From assembly GCA_051294375.1 (NCBI GenBank), contig CM119269.1:14271918-14335917 (forward strand): DNA of 64,000 nucleotides. Direction: 5' to 3'. Shown piece after piece: positions 14,031 through 25,886 of the stretch. The notes beneath the pieces were generated by a model. It was not told the DNA's origin. It worked only from the letters and a program-made list of their open reading frames with translations, and did no database searches. Within the stretch, counting starts at the first letter, position 1; each line of letters opens with the position of its first letter. Origin of the DNA: Paraspadella gotoi (taxonomy: Eukaryota; Animalia; Chaetognatha). A program made the translations under genes and the position numbers.

Positions 14031-14220
14031 CACGTGGCGCCATCCCGATTCGAAATACGGCGCCACTGCCACTGCTTGTCCCAGCCTGAGAGCTGTGCTG
14101 CTGCTGACGCGGTCCAGCTGCGTCAGTGCATTTACGGCGCCTCCGGAAAGATTTATGGCGCCGCGGCAGCGCTGGGCGACGCCAATGCGCGGCGCCTCAA
14201 AGGATCGCGCCGGCGCCCTA
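14031..14220. promoter_or_regulatory. Candidate enhancer: GC-rich island with six GGCGCC sites, an E-box and TTTAYGG motifs
   Basis: GGCGCC at 14036, 14059, 14136, 14157, 14191 and 14212; CACGTG at 14031; TTTACGG at 14131 and AGATTTATGG at 14149. Non-repetitive GC-rich patch in AT-rich surroundings. Function is inferred only. Confidence 0.35.
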
Positions 14221-14290
14221 TGCTACTTCCGTTCAGACCATCGAGCGAAATTCTTCATACGCTCTAGTTAATTTCGACGGCCAGAGCTCT

Positions 14291-14398
<108 letters not shown>

Positions 14399-14413
14399 CT
14401 CTCTCTCTCTTCT

Positions 14414-14466
<53 letters not shown>

Positions 14467-15588
14467 CAACGCTTTGATTCAGACTTTCCTTCTCTTTTCT
14501 TTCTCTGTCGCTGATTTGTTTGTGTTTACTCTACATAAGATTTTTTATTGTTACGCTTCGGTACAAAAATGAGTTTGAAAAGTGCTCACATTGACTAATA
14601 AGACTATAGTCTATTATTTTTTCAGATAATTCTCCATTCTATCTTTCCTTTTTTTCCCCTCGCTTAGTATTCATTCTACCTACGTTTCCCTTATAAATAA
14701 ATAAATCCGTTATCTCTTCATTTAAAATTTCTTCTTCGCGGCAACGATATTTTAAAATCGATTTCCTTCCTTGGCGAGGATATTATAAATTAAGTTAACA
14801 TATTGATTTAATCCTATCTATTTCGTTGCGTTGTTAGATTTAGAAAAACGTTCGAAATTGTTTACAATAACGATATTATTTTAGATTAAAAACGTACAAA
14901 TTTCGACTCTTGTTGCGTTTATAATGTGTCATTGATATTTATTGTCAAGATAAGAAGTCGTCTTTCGTGTCAAATTAGTGGCCACTCGTAGTCTTTGTGC
15001 GTGCTGGGGACTTTTAGTTATTATAAACACTATATAAACAATTATAGTTGTACAAAGGGGAATATTTATTTGATGTCATATATCTGACGAATAATGTGGT
15101 GTGAAGGAATCAGGCGCTTTTGTCAGGCTTTCAGTCGGCTTGAACACAGCCTGGTCACCACTTATTTTTTTCTTCTCTTACTCAAAACAAAAATATATGC
15201 GAAATGTAGCATCGCGTTGCCTTGACGACCTAACAAAACAGACAAAACAAATACGACCTTGAGGAAGAACCACAGAACACAGAAGCATTGAATCCGTCTC
15301 TCGTTCTATACTGTTGTTTGTTGTTTCATGTTTCCATCGCTTATTGTTCATTGCTGTTTATCGTTCATTGTTTATTGTTGAATGTTTTCTCTCCGACTCA
15401 ACGGTTTCTCTCATCTGACCTCATTTTCTTCTTCGTCCGAGAAACCTTTTTATTTTTTATTTTTCTTTCTTCTTTTTTGTTTTTTTTTTCTCGTGGAAGA
15501 ACAGTTGTTCTCACCTGTTCTCCAAGTCTTTCCTTCTGCCTCAATTCCTCCCAAGGTTTCTCATCTTTTTGTTTATCTTTATATTTTC

Positions 15589-15674
<86 letters not shown>

Positions 15675-16751
15675 TTCTTTCTTTTTATACGCGATTGTTT
15701 CTAAATGAAAGCGACTCATGCGTGAATCGCAGGCGATATAGTATATAAATGAATTACTACAACTTAGGTTATATCGTATCCGTTTTAATATTATCTCCTG
15801 GTACATTGATTAACTTACTCTTGGTTAAGATTAAATGAGAACTTTTTTTTAAATGAACTCTTTCCTTAGCTGGAGATAAAACCTGCTGCTATCTCTAGTT
15901 TCTTAATTTGAATAATTTTTAAAAAAAATATAAATCTGATACATGGTTAATTTGTTTTTGGTTTAATTCTTTTATTATACAAATTACGAAAGATAAAGAA
16001 TATGAAAAAGAGAATATTCAGTCGACTGGATTTCCGGCTCAATTGCTTATCGATAATTTCAGTTTTTTCTTCGATACTTCAATACTTCAATACTTTGATA
16101 CTTTTTTTCCAGCGCCATATTCAATTTCTTTTTTTTTTTTTTTTGTCATATTTTTTTATAGTTTTCTTTCACATAAAATTTCAATTTTTTTAAATTTTTT
16201 TTTTCGTTATTATTTTTTTATTTTTTTTACTGTCATTGTCAGCTGATTTGCCTCGTCTAATTTCCTTTTCTTTTGTACATTCCAACTTTACATTACTTTA
16301 CATTATTTTATTTTACGTTCCTCTTTCCCTCCTCCCGCCCAGTTTTATTCCCATCACTTTTAATTTCGCCTTCATCTTTTCTTTCTCATTTTCCTCCGCT
16401 CAACTTCCTCTTTATTTCTTTGTTCTTTCCTCCTCTTCTTTCCTCTTCGACGAATCTCCCTTTTCTTTTCCTTTTGTCCTCCATTTCCGCCATTTTCATC
16501 GCTTACAAAAAGAAAGAAAAAATCCTATTTTTTTTTTTCGACGTTTTAAATCTTTTTCTCTCTCTCATTTCCTCCCATGTTATATATATTTCCTTAAATA
16601 AAATATTCATTTACCTTGTTTACATTTTACTTCTATAAATATTCAATTCATTTCAATTTTCCATCTTTGCCCATTTGTTTCTGTCACCGCTATAGATGTC
16701 TCGACTTATATTTTCTTCACTTTAAAAGTTCCCCTGCCCACTCCTAAAAAA

Positions 16752-17105
16752 AAAAACAAGAACGGACTAGTTCAACGTGTTGCGCCGCATTGAGTTTGTT
16801 ACATACTCGTTTTTCTAAAAAAATCATGTGACTACACAAGTCTAAAACATATGTACAAGAAGCAGTTACAAAAACCTCACAATCACATGTCTGCAAAATA
16901 TTAAATTTATTGATTTAGTATGACAGAGTTACGATAGGTTGACTTTCTAATCATAAGAGAACATTTTTATAAGTTTAAAACGCACTTTCTTCCATGTATT
17001 TTTTTAAAACCCCCTATATTATCTAATTTCTAAGCATTTAAATTGTAAGTGAGACCAAAAAATGACCTATACAGTTTCTCCGAGTTTACTCGAGGCGCAA
17101 CTAAA
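16752..17105 (-). mobile_element. HINE-like element, second subfamily (same termini, different interior)
   Basis: Ends aaacaagaacggactagttcaacgtgttgcgccgc and cgagtttactcgaggcgcaactaaaa match the family termini. The interior is only weakly similar and lacks the GTCY run. Confidence 0.6.
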
Positions 17106-17518
17106 AAAAAAAATAAACCTTATTTCACACGTGAAGAGTTTCTCATCGACTTTCGATCTTTCCCTTCTCTTCATCTCCAATTACTTTTTTTTTCTTCCTC
17201 TTATGCTACCTGACATTTTTTCATTAACCCCCCTCCCCGATGCCCCCCGACTTGCCCGGCCCCCCCCTCCTCGAGGAAAGGACTTAAAACCCGAATCTGC
17301 CTCGCCTGCTCAGTCCTCAGTCCGCAGTGTATCCTCAATATCGTTTCTTTCCTTTTTTCCCTTTTTTTTTCACTGGCTGATCCTGAGTTTCATTGGCTTC
17401 TCTTTCTTTTCTTTTTTTTCCTAATTTTTTCTCTCTTTTTTTCTGCTATCTTTAATTTTTTTTTCTTTTCTATTCTTATGAAAATTGCTAAATTACTTGT
17501 TTGACTATCTTTATTTTT

Positions 17519-17860
17519 TTTAGTTGCGCCGCAAGTACTCGCGGAGTAACTCTATAAGTCGCTTTTCGGTAGGTCGGTCGGTCGATTGGTCCATGGGTAT
17601 GTCTGTCCGACGTGTCCGTCAGTCTGTCCCATTTACGTTAAAAATGCTCATAACTTGTATATAGTTGGGTGCTCATTTGTTAAGACAGAAAAAACCTCAA
17701 ATCTAAGCCACTGCCTTCAGGAAATTCTAAAACTATAAAGAATAAAAGACTTAATTGCGATGTAGTGAAAGTTATTGTAGTCATGTAGTCTTGTTATGTC
17801 ATGTCATGTCATGAGAAAGTCACTGCGGCGCAACACATTTGAATTACCGTTCTTGTTTTT
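17519..17860 (+). mobile_element. Non-autonomous Helentron-associated interspersed element (HINE/DINE-1-like), full-length copy
   Basis: T-run flanks on both sides. 5' subTIR gttgcgccgc overlaps a hairpin (ccgcaagtactcgcgg), followed by a GTCY-like microsatellite (cggtaggtcggtcggtcg...gtccgtcagtctgtcc). 3' subTIR gcggcgcaac is followed by a short tail ending accgttcttgttttt. Homologous copies occur elsewhere in the window. Confidence 0.75.
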
Positions 17861-18413
17861 TTAGATTTAAAAAAAAACTATTATTTATTTATTTATTTAT
17901 TTATTTGTTAAAATATTTTTCTTATATTATGATATAATATTATTTATCTGTTTGGGATGGGGACGTTAGTGTTGTCTTCTGGACATAGAGGGTGCATCTA
18001 CACAACACAAGGTTTTCTCATAGATATCGTACATCATTTTGTTTGAAAATCATTAATGAGAAACTCATAATATCTACAAGACCGAACAAAAAAGAGGGAA
18101 ATGGATAATTTTTGGGGGGATTAAGGTTATATTGTATGATTATTTTTATCATAAGGATTAGACTACTTTGTAGAATCGTATGTTCTGGATAGGGGTACTT
18201 ACTGGGAAAAGTTTCATACCGGCACCTTTATTTAATATACTATCACATGATGGTCAGTCCGTAGAGAGATGCAAATATGGTCTTCTAAGCATCTAGGTTC
18301 CTAATTAGCTAAATAAAACATCGTTCTTGTTAGGAACTCATTCATTTCTATTGGCATCTATTTTTTCTCTCTTACTTATTTTTCTTCAACGCCTAATTTT
18401 CTTTGGCTTCTCC

Positions 18414-18560
18414 TTTTCTTTTCTTTTCTTTTCTTTTCTTTTCTTTTCTTTTCTTTTCTTTTCTTTTCCTTTCTTTTCTTTTCTTTTCTTCTTTTCTTTT
18501 CTTTTCTTTTCTTTTCTTTTTTTTCTTTTTTTTCTTTTCTCTTCTTTTCTTTTCTTTTCA
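18414..18560. repeat. (TTTTC)n microsatellite; related (TTTTC)n/(TTTA)n/(TTTC)n tracts at 11270-11544 and 12730-13180
   Basis: Read directly from the sequence; gives Lys/Arg/Glu-rich and Phe/Ser-rich pseudo-ORFs. Confidence 0.9.
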
Positions 18561-18930
18561 TTCCATTTCCCTTTCTTTCCTTTCCTTCCCTGTACTTTCC
18601 TGTACTTTCCTTTCCTTTCCTTTCCTTTCATTTCCTTTTCCTCTCCGTTCCCTTTCCTTTCCTCCGCTCGAACCCTCTTTCCCGCGCATCTTCCTCCATT
18701 ATTTCCAGTCGCGTTTCGTTGGAAATCCATTTTGTTTTCCTTTTCTTTTTTCCTTCTCTTCACCTTTGGAGGCTGCCGGGGTCTCAATTCCTCCCCCCCC
18801 TCTCTGCCGGGGTCTCTATTCCTTCCCCTCTCTCTTTTCCTCCTTGGGCTTCCTCCACTTTGAGAGAGGAAGGAGGATCTTAATCACCCTAGTAGGTCAT
18901 CGAGAGGTGTCATACGCCTCACTCCTCCTA

Positions 18931-18987
<57 letters not shown>

Positions 18988-19232
18988 TTTCCTCTCTCTC
19001 TCTCTCTCTCTCTCGTCGTTCTTCTCCCCCATTTCCTCCTCCTCTTCCTCCTTCTCCTCCCGCCGCTTTCCCCCCCCTTCACGTGCTCTCGACGCTCGCG
19101 TCATCCACGGCCACCACGTCTCCCATAATTTCGCGCGCGTCACGGACTCCGTGCCAACTTTTTTTTCCACTTTTCTTTTTTCCTTTCACCTTCTATTTCA
19201 CTCTGTCTCTGTCTACTCCTCTGTCTCCCTCT

Positions 19233-19308
<76 letters not shown>

Positions 19309-19355
19309 CTCTCTCTCTTTTCTCTCTCTCCAGGAGTTTTTGGTTCTTTCCCGGG

Positions 19356-19422
<67 letters not shown>

Positions 19423-19774
19423 CCACCTCTTCTTTCGCCTCATTTAGTGGCATTTCGAAACGGAACCGAAAACTAAAGAAAAAAAAACGAAAAACAAAAA
19501 AACCAAAACAAAATAACAAAAAAGAAAAAAACCCAAACATTAATAAAAAAAAGGGAAAGAAATGATGATCTAAAGCGAAACTCGCTAATCCGTTTTGCGA
19601 TCGAGTGTTTTTTTTTTTCTAATTTTTTAAAATATTTTTTATCCTATGCTAATGCATTTTGCGTCGCAGTTAATAACAGCGTGACCAATATACGCGCGAG
19701 CAAAACGCCGACAGCTTCCAACTTCATCTTCCCCCACCAAGGAAAGAAAAAAAATTTAAAAAACAATTTTTAAA

Positions 19775-19836
<62 letters not shown>

Positions 19837-21638
19837 AAACGCAACACTTATTTTTGGAAGTCAATTTAGTCGGTAGACATTTCACGTTTCTATTCTTTCT
19901 CTTTTTTTTCTCGTTTTAAAAAACTCGTCTTCCATTTTTTTTTTGTTTAAAAAAAATGAGGCTAGATGTCGGATTGTTTTTCTTTTTTGTTTGTGTTTTT
20001 TCTATTTGTCTATGTTTCGTGTCATGGATTGTTAGTTTTTTTGGTTTTTTTTAGTTTCGAATTTTTGATATTATTTCCACAATTTTGGGTATAATTATGC
20101 AGACAAAGTTTACTTTTAGTTGTTATTTTCGCTTTCAACCTACGAGGAATTTAAACAGACGGAATCAGCAGGAAATCTTGTCAGAAAAAAACCTCTGGTC
20201 ATTCTTCAATGGATAACCGTCATCGTTGACGCCGTTATAATCATCATCATCATCGTCATCATCATTCTCATCATCATCTCCATCATCTAAATCCGTCCCT
20301 CTCCTTCTCCGCCGGAAAAATCCTTCGGACCGAGAAAATAAAGGAGTTGGCCGGAATCTCTTTCATTCCGGGCGAGACGCGTCATTTGCCACCGATGGCG
20401 CGGTAATGCCCAACCCCTTCGACTTTGATGGCGCGCCCACGCAACCGCCCCCTTTTGTCGAGTCGGAAGACTAACGTTGGCGCCCTCTTTAAGGATCCAT
20501 CATGGCCTCCGCTCAATTATGCACCCAAGATGCACAGAGAGAGAGAGAGAGAGCGAGAGGGAGAGTTCCTCAATCAGATCCCATGATTCCGTCGTGAACG
20601 TCGATTCGCATTCATGACCTGAATACAATCCAATGAATGTTCATTCAACAAGATGGACTTTGGAATTTGCACTCCGGGCACTTTCCAGTGGACAGGCAAT
20701 GTTGGTTCAAGGCTTTGATTCCTCTTTCACGATATTAACGCGGCAAAACCCAGCGTGCGTTGAATCAAGGCTTTAGTTAATTAACTAAAAGGCTTCTTGG
20801 ATCCTTCTTTGGCTTTTTCTTTAACTTTTTAATCGATATAGTGGAAAAATTGGTTTTAAAAAATTCGTTTTAAAAAAAACATAAAAATTGCGAAAATATT
20901 GTACTCTTTCGTTTTCAGTTTCCGAATTCTTAGCAATTTTTGATTTTCGGTTAATTAATAAAAATTAATTCAAATTAACGAGGACGCGTCGACCTTTTTC
21001 GATCAATCTAAGACGACGACAAACGACGACGACGACGACGACAGCTAACGACAACGTCTTAATTCCCTCACATTCCTCTCTTTATTTCCTTTTATGGATT
21101 AAAACCCATTTCTCTCCCGCGACTATTTTTTTTTTCGAGAAAGAGAGTCCCCCCTCGGGGGGGGGGGCAGATTTCTTCCCAAATTTCCTTTCTTCTTTTT
21201 TTTTTGTCTTCGATCGGATTACGTTAACCTTTCGCCGTTTCATTTACTTTCTTTGCTTGATACTTATTGACTTAGAAGAGAGCTTTACTGGGTATCGTTC
21301 GATACCGTAATACTATAATTGCGATAAGTTTTCTTCGGCTGATAAAAAAAGAAGTACGTGCTTCCTAGTAGTACTTTGTAAAAAAGTAAAATTTATCCAC
21401 TCTTAAACAATAAACATATGTTATGTTATGAAGTTAATTCAATTTTAATATTTAATATTTAATATTTAATAAGTGAGTTTTGCTTTTTGCTTTTTCTCTA
21501 TCAAGAACGTGACATCGAAATTTAGCTAAACACCCGCCATTTTCCTATACTACAAATGTCCTTTTCTTATCTTTCCCCCTTTCCCCTTCCAACTTTCTCC
21601 TTTTCCTTTCTATACCTTCTCCCATCTCCTCTTCTCCA

Positions 21639-21836
21639 CTTCTCTTCTCATTTCCTTTCTTTAACTTTCTTCTTTTCCTCTCTTCACCCTCTTTTATCTT
21701 AACTTACTTCCTTCTCTTCTCATTTCCTTCCTTTGACTCTCTCCTTTTCCTCTCTTCGCCTTCTTTCATCTTAACTTACTTCCTTCTCTTCTCATTTCCT
21801 TCCTTTGACACTCTCCTTTTCCTCTCTTTACCTGTT
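21639..21836. repeat. 72-bp pyrimidine-rich tandem repeat, ~2.8 units
   Basis: cttctcttctcatttcctt recurs at ~21639, 21711 and 21783. Confidence 0.85.
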
Positions 21837-22275
21837 TTCCTTTATTCTCTTTTCCCTTCTTTTTTTCCCTTCCACCTCATAAAAAAGGAAAAGAAATTAA
21901 AGACGTGCGACTTCTCGGTTTCCGGTTTTTCTCGGCGCCGAATTTCGAGGTTTTGGGGTCACGAACGAGATTTCGGCGCCACTTTCGAATCGGACGAGAG
22001 GCGTCCGTCGACGCCGGTCGACCCCGTACATCTTCGGACTTACGATTTTATGGAAGAGCCTCATTTTTGTTCTTTTATTCCTAAAAAAAATTTTAAAGTT
22101 AATATTTAACCCTTTAATAAATATTTAACTTTTAAAATCTTTAACCTAACCTCTGACATTATCCTTAACCCTAAACCCTAACCCCCTTAACCCTCATCCC
22201 TAACCAAATCCCTAACTTAATATTTAAACATAAAACTAAGCCTAACTTAATTTTTAAGTCTTACCCAGAGAGAGT

Positions 22276-22278
<3 letters not shown>

Positions 22279-22330
<52 letters not shown>

Positions 22331-22466
22331 GAGAAGAGAGAGAGAGAAAGAGAGAGAGAGAAAGAGAGAGAGAGTATAATATACCTAAACATAATGCCAT
22401 TCACTCGTAAGTTTTTCCTTTTCCTAAATTATTCATCTCAAGATCCGTTCATCTTGAGATCAGTCT

Positions 22467-22508
<42 letters not shown>

Positions 22509-22620
22509 AGTCGACGACAAATCGCCTCCTGTTTATTTTGGGCAACTCTTCCGTCTCCTCTTCTGGAAATTCCTCGCCATTCTGGTCAAAGTCTCCATCA
22601 GGTCACGTGATGTGAGGAGG
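22279..22620 (+). promoter_or_regulatory. Possible core promoter: GA-repeat tract, Inr-like TCAGTC (22460-22465), then (GGC)n
   Basis: Arthropod initiator consensus TCAKTY lies ~90 bp downstream of a GAGA tract and immediately upstream of ~13 CGG units. Motif-level evidence only. Confidence 0.2.
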
Positions 22621-23180
22621 TCAGATAGATTCTCTTTTTAGTGTCGGTTATTTATAAATAAAAAAGATGTAAAAAGATATCAAAAGATACATTATACAAA
22701 GAATCGTGCGGGTCCTCGTTACATATTTTTACTAACAATTTCTAAATTCTGACGGATGTTCCAACTACTATATTTTAAAGCGAATTAAAATTAACCACGT
22801 TTGGCGGTATATACCGCTGTTGCCATTCCCTTCGATATATTTGGGATATCCATGTAACCATGGACCATGTTTGTATTATTTAATACAATTTTAAAAGTTA
22901 AACATCACTAAAAATGTTAACATTTTAAGATTTTATACATCCTTTCCCCCCCCCCCCGACTCCATAAGTTTTCTGACTGTCTCGGTCTCTGTCTGTCTCT
23001 GTTTCTGTCGTCTTCTCTACATCCGTTCCTCTCTCTCATCACCAGCGATGGAGAACGGAGATTGTCAGAAGAGATTCGTGATAAATCAAGAGTCGTGGCG
23101 ACGGACGAGATTTATCGTCTTTCCCTCCTATCTATTTCTCATTAGATTTATTTTTTGTGTAATAATTTTGTCTCAACCTC

Positions 23181-23289
<109 letters not shown>

Positions 23290-23949
23290 CCGGATGCCGA
23301 CTAAGAACTGTGAGAAAATGAGGAAAGGTGGAAATATGGGTTCGCCGTCGACGGAAGCGCCGCCGAACGCAGCAGGGGCCGGCGGCGCAGGGGGCAGCCG
23401 CCTTTTTCCGAATTCCAAGAAAAGAGGAATCCGATAAAACGTTCTAATGGATGTAAGCGTCTGGGCGTGGTCGAATTTTCTGCCCCTTTAACCCAGAACC
23501 TTCGTCGGCAGCCCCTCGTTGGGCGACCAGAATTACCCAATAGATTTCTGAACAATCAGGCATAATCACTAAAGAATAGCAAAAATTTTAAAATCCAGTA
23601 GAAAAAAAATTCGAATAATTGATCCTAAACAAATCTGTTTACATTTTTTATTTTTCAATTTTCGCAGAAGACCATATTTGTACATGGTACTCACGATAGA
23701 GAATGTTAAAATTTTAAATTTGTAAAAATAATCTCTATAAACCATTTTAAAATTTTTACATATTCTATGGTGAGTACGATGTGAGCTACTGCAAAAATTT
23801 ATTTATCAATATTCTTTGATAGTTCATGATCAACTATTCGAATTTTGATCTGCAACTTAATACGCCTTAGTGATCACACACAAATAACGAAAGGAATTTA
23901 TCTAAATTCAATTAAAAAATAAAAGCTCAATCACAATCCCGAACGCTCT

Positions 23950-24340
23950 CACTACCACGCACCCACACTCACCTCGATCCGACCACACTCGCACTCCACC
24001 CTCGCACTCCACATCTCGCTCTCCACACTCACACTCCACACTCGACTAAACACTCGCACTCCACCCTCGCACTACATCCTTGCACTCCGCACTCCGCACT
24101 CTACACTCGCACTCCTCACTTGCACTCCGCACTCGCAATCCACACTCCCACTCTACACTCCCACTCCACACTCGCACTCCACACTCTCCACTCCGCACTC
24201 ACACTCCACACTCGCACTCCACCATCACACTCCACAACTCGCACCTTCGCACTTCCACCGACTCGGCACTCCACCCTCAACACTCCACACTCGCACTCCA
24301 CACTCGCTCTCCACACTCGCAATCCACGGTCTCCACACTC
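23950..24340. repeat. CACTC-based degenerate satellite (cactcgcactcca)n
   Basis: Continuous run of cactcg/cactcca/cacactc motifs, the source of the spurious His/Thr/Ser-rich and Val/Glu/Cys-rich ORFs. Confidence 0.9.
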
Positions 24341-24429
24341 ATCGGCGCCAATCGAAGATTTGGAAGAGAATCAAAGTTCCAATAAAAATTCTCCTCACGT
24401 TTTTCGCGATTAGCGTTTTGCGACCGGCA

Positions 24430-24690
24430 CCTGTAAACTTGGCGCCTTTGTCGCGCCATCTGTAAACTTGTGACTGTCGCCTTGGATGTGCCATCTGTAG
24501 ACCTGTAAACTTGGCGACTATGTTGCGCCATATGTAAACTTTTGACTGTCGCCTTTGTCCCGCCACCTGTAGACTTGCGACCGGCGTCAATATCGCGCCA
24601 TCCCTAAATTTGTGACTTGTCCTTTTGTTTTGCTATCTGTAGACTTGTAGTCGACACCTCTGTTGCGCAACTTGTAAACCTCTAAACCTT
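24430..24690. repeat. Degenerate ~35-bp minisatellite (ctgtaRactt...gcgccat), ~7 units
   Basis: Units such as ctgtaaacttgtgactgtcgccttggatgtgccat, atgtaaacttttgactgtcgcctttgtcccgccac and ctgtagacttgcgaccggcgtcaatatcgcgccat. Confidence 0.8.
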
Positions 24691-25305
24691 CCCGCCACAA
24701 GTCGATGTCCTGAAACTTAGTTTTCGCGATAATCCGATATATCGAAAAATAAAATCCTATCCACAGCATATAGGCTGCATAATTTTCCCCGTTCGCGCTG
24801 ACTTCAAATGATTTTATTTCTCTCGAAGGCAGAGAATAAGCGATGGGGGGGTGCTGGGGGGGGGAAGAGCGCCTCCTCCTCCTTCCCATGACGTCAATCG
24901 CCAAATGGTTTTTCGGGGTCGTTTTAATCTTCGATCGCTTCAGCGTTTATCGCCAATGTTGTCATTTGACTTTTCAATGGAAGGGTCGGGTCTCTTCTTC
25001 CGACTCTCTTTTTAAATTTCTTTTTTGGATCGTAAACGCGATGACTTTTTTGTTCTTTTTTAGCCAGAGATTCGTGATTTATTAATTAATTATTTTTTAT
25101 CCCGTGTCTTCCGCCAACGATCATTTTCCCCGCAAGAGGGACGTGTTTTTTTTGATTAATATTCCTCTAAAATTTATTTTTTATCGGTTTATTTATTTTT
25201 TTTTTTTTCGTAACTGCAGCAAAGGTTGACATTTCATAATCTTCTCTGATCGAATCTGAAATTCGGGAAAGAGTGAAAAAAAATTAGATCGTTCATCATT
25301 TCAGG

Positions 25306-25590
25306 GTAAGGGGAGATAAGGGGCAGGTAAGGCGATGGTGAGGGGCAAGTAAGGGGCAGGTAAAGCGATAGTGAGGGGAAAGTTAAGGGGCAGGTAAAGC
25401 GATGGTGAGGGGCAAGTAAGGGACAGGTAAAGCGATGGGTCAAATAAAGAGCATGTAAGGTGAGAGTAAGTGGCAAGTAAGGGGCAAGTAAAGAGCATGT
25501 AAGGCTAATGGTGAGGGGCAAGTAAGGGGCAAGTAAGGAGCATGTAAGGCGATGGTGAGGGAAAAGTAAGGAGCAGGTGAGGCCGGTAGG
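25306..25590. repeat. Minisatellite of 11-bp subunits forming ~33-44 bp higher-order units
   Basis: Alternating ggggcaagtaa / ggggcaggtaa / agcgatggtga / agagcatgtaa 11-mers. Confidence 0.85.
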
Positions 25591-25886
25591 AAGGACGACC
25601 GAAAAAAAACTTCCCGCTGGTAGAAGGAATCGATGCTTAAACCTGAAGACTTTTTTTGGTGTGTGGAGGATGAAAATTTTGGCTAAAGTGTGAAGAGTTA
25701 AAAATTCTGACATACATGATATGATATGATATGATATAATATGACATGATATGATAAAAATGCTGACATACGTGATATCTAATAAGAACTTGATTCGACT
25801 AATGATTTGATTGGAATAATTCATTCATTTGAAAACGCGCTAGAAAAATTTTTCCAATTCGTTTTTATATTCTCGACGTATTTTAA

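Noticed and set aside
15141-15160. tgaacacagcctgg resembles the 5' end of miR-317; tggaatgtgaag (6039) resembles miR-1; tgaggtagt (27449) resembles let-7
   Set aside because: Only seed-length matches. The 3' parts diverge and there are no convincing precursor hairpins.
24587-24904. 105-aa ORF identical in two copies
   Set aside because: The identity reflects the block duplication. There is no recognisable domain and the C-terminus runs into a minisatellite.
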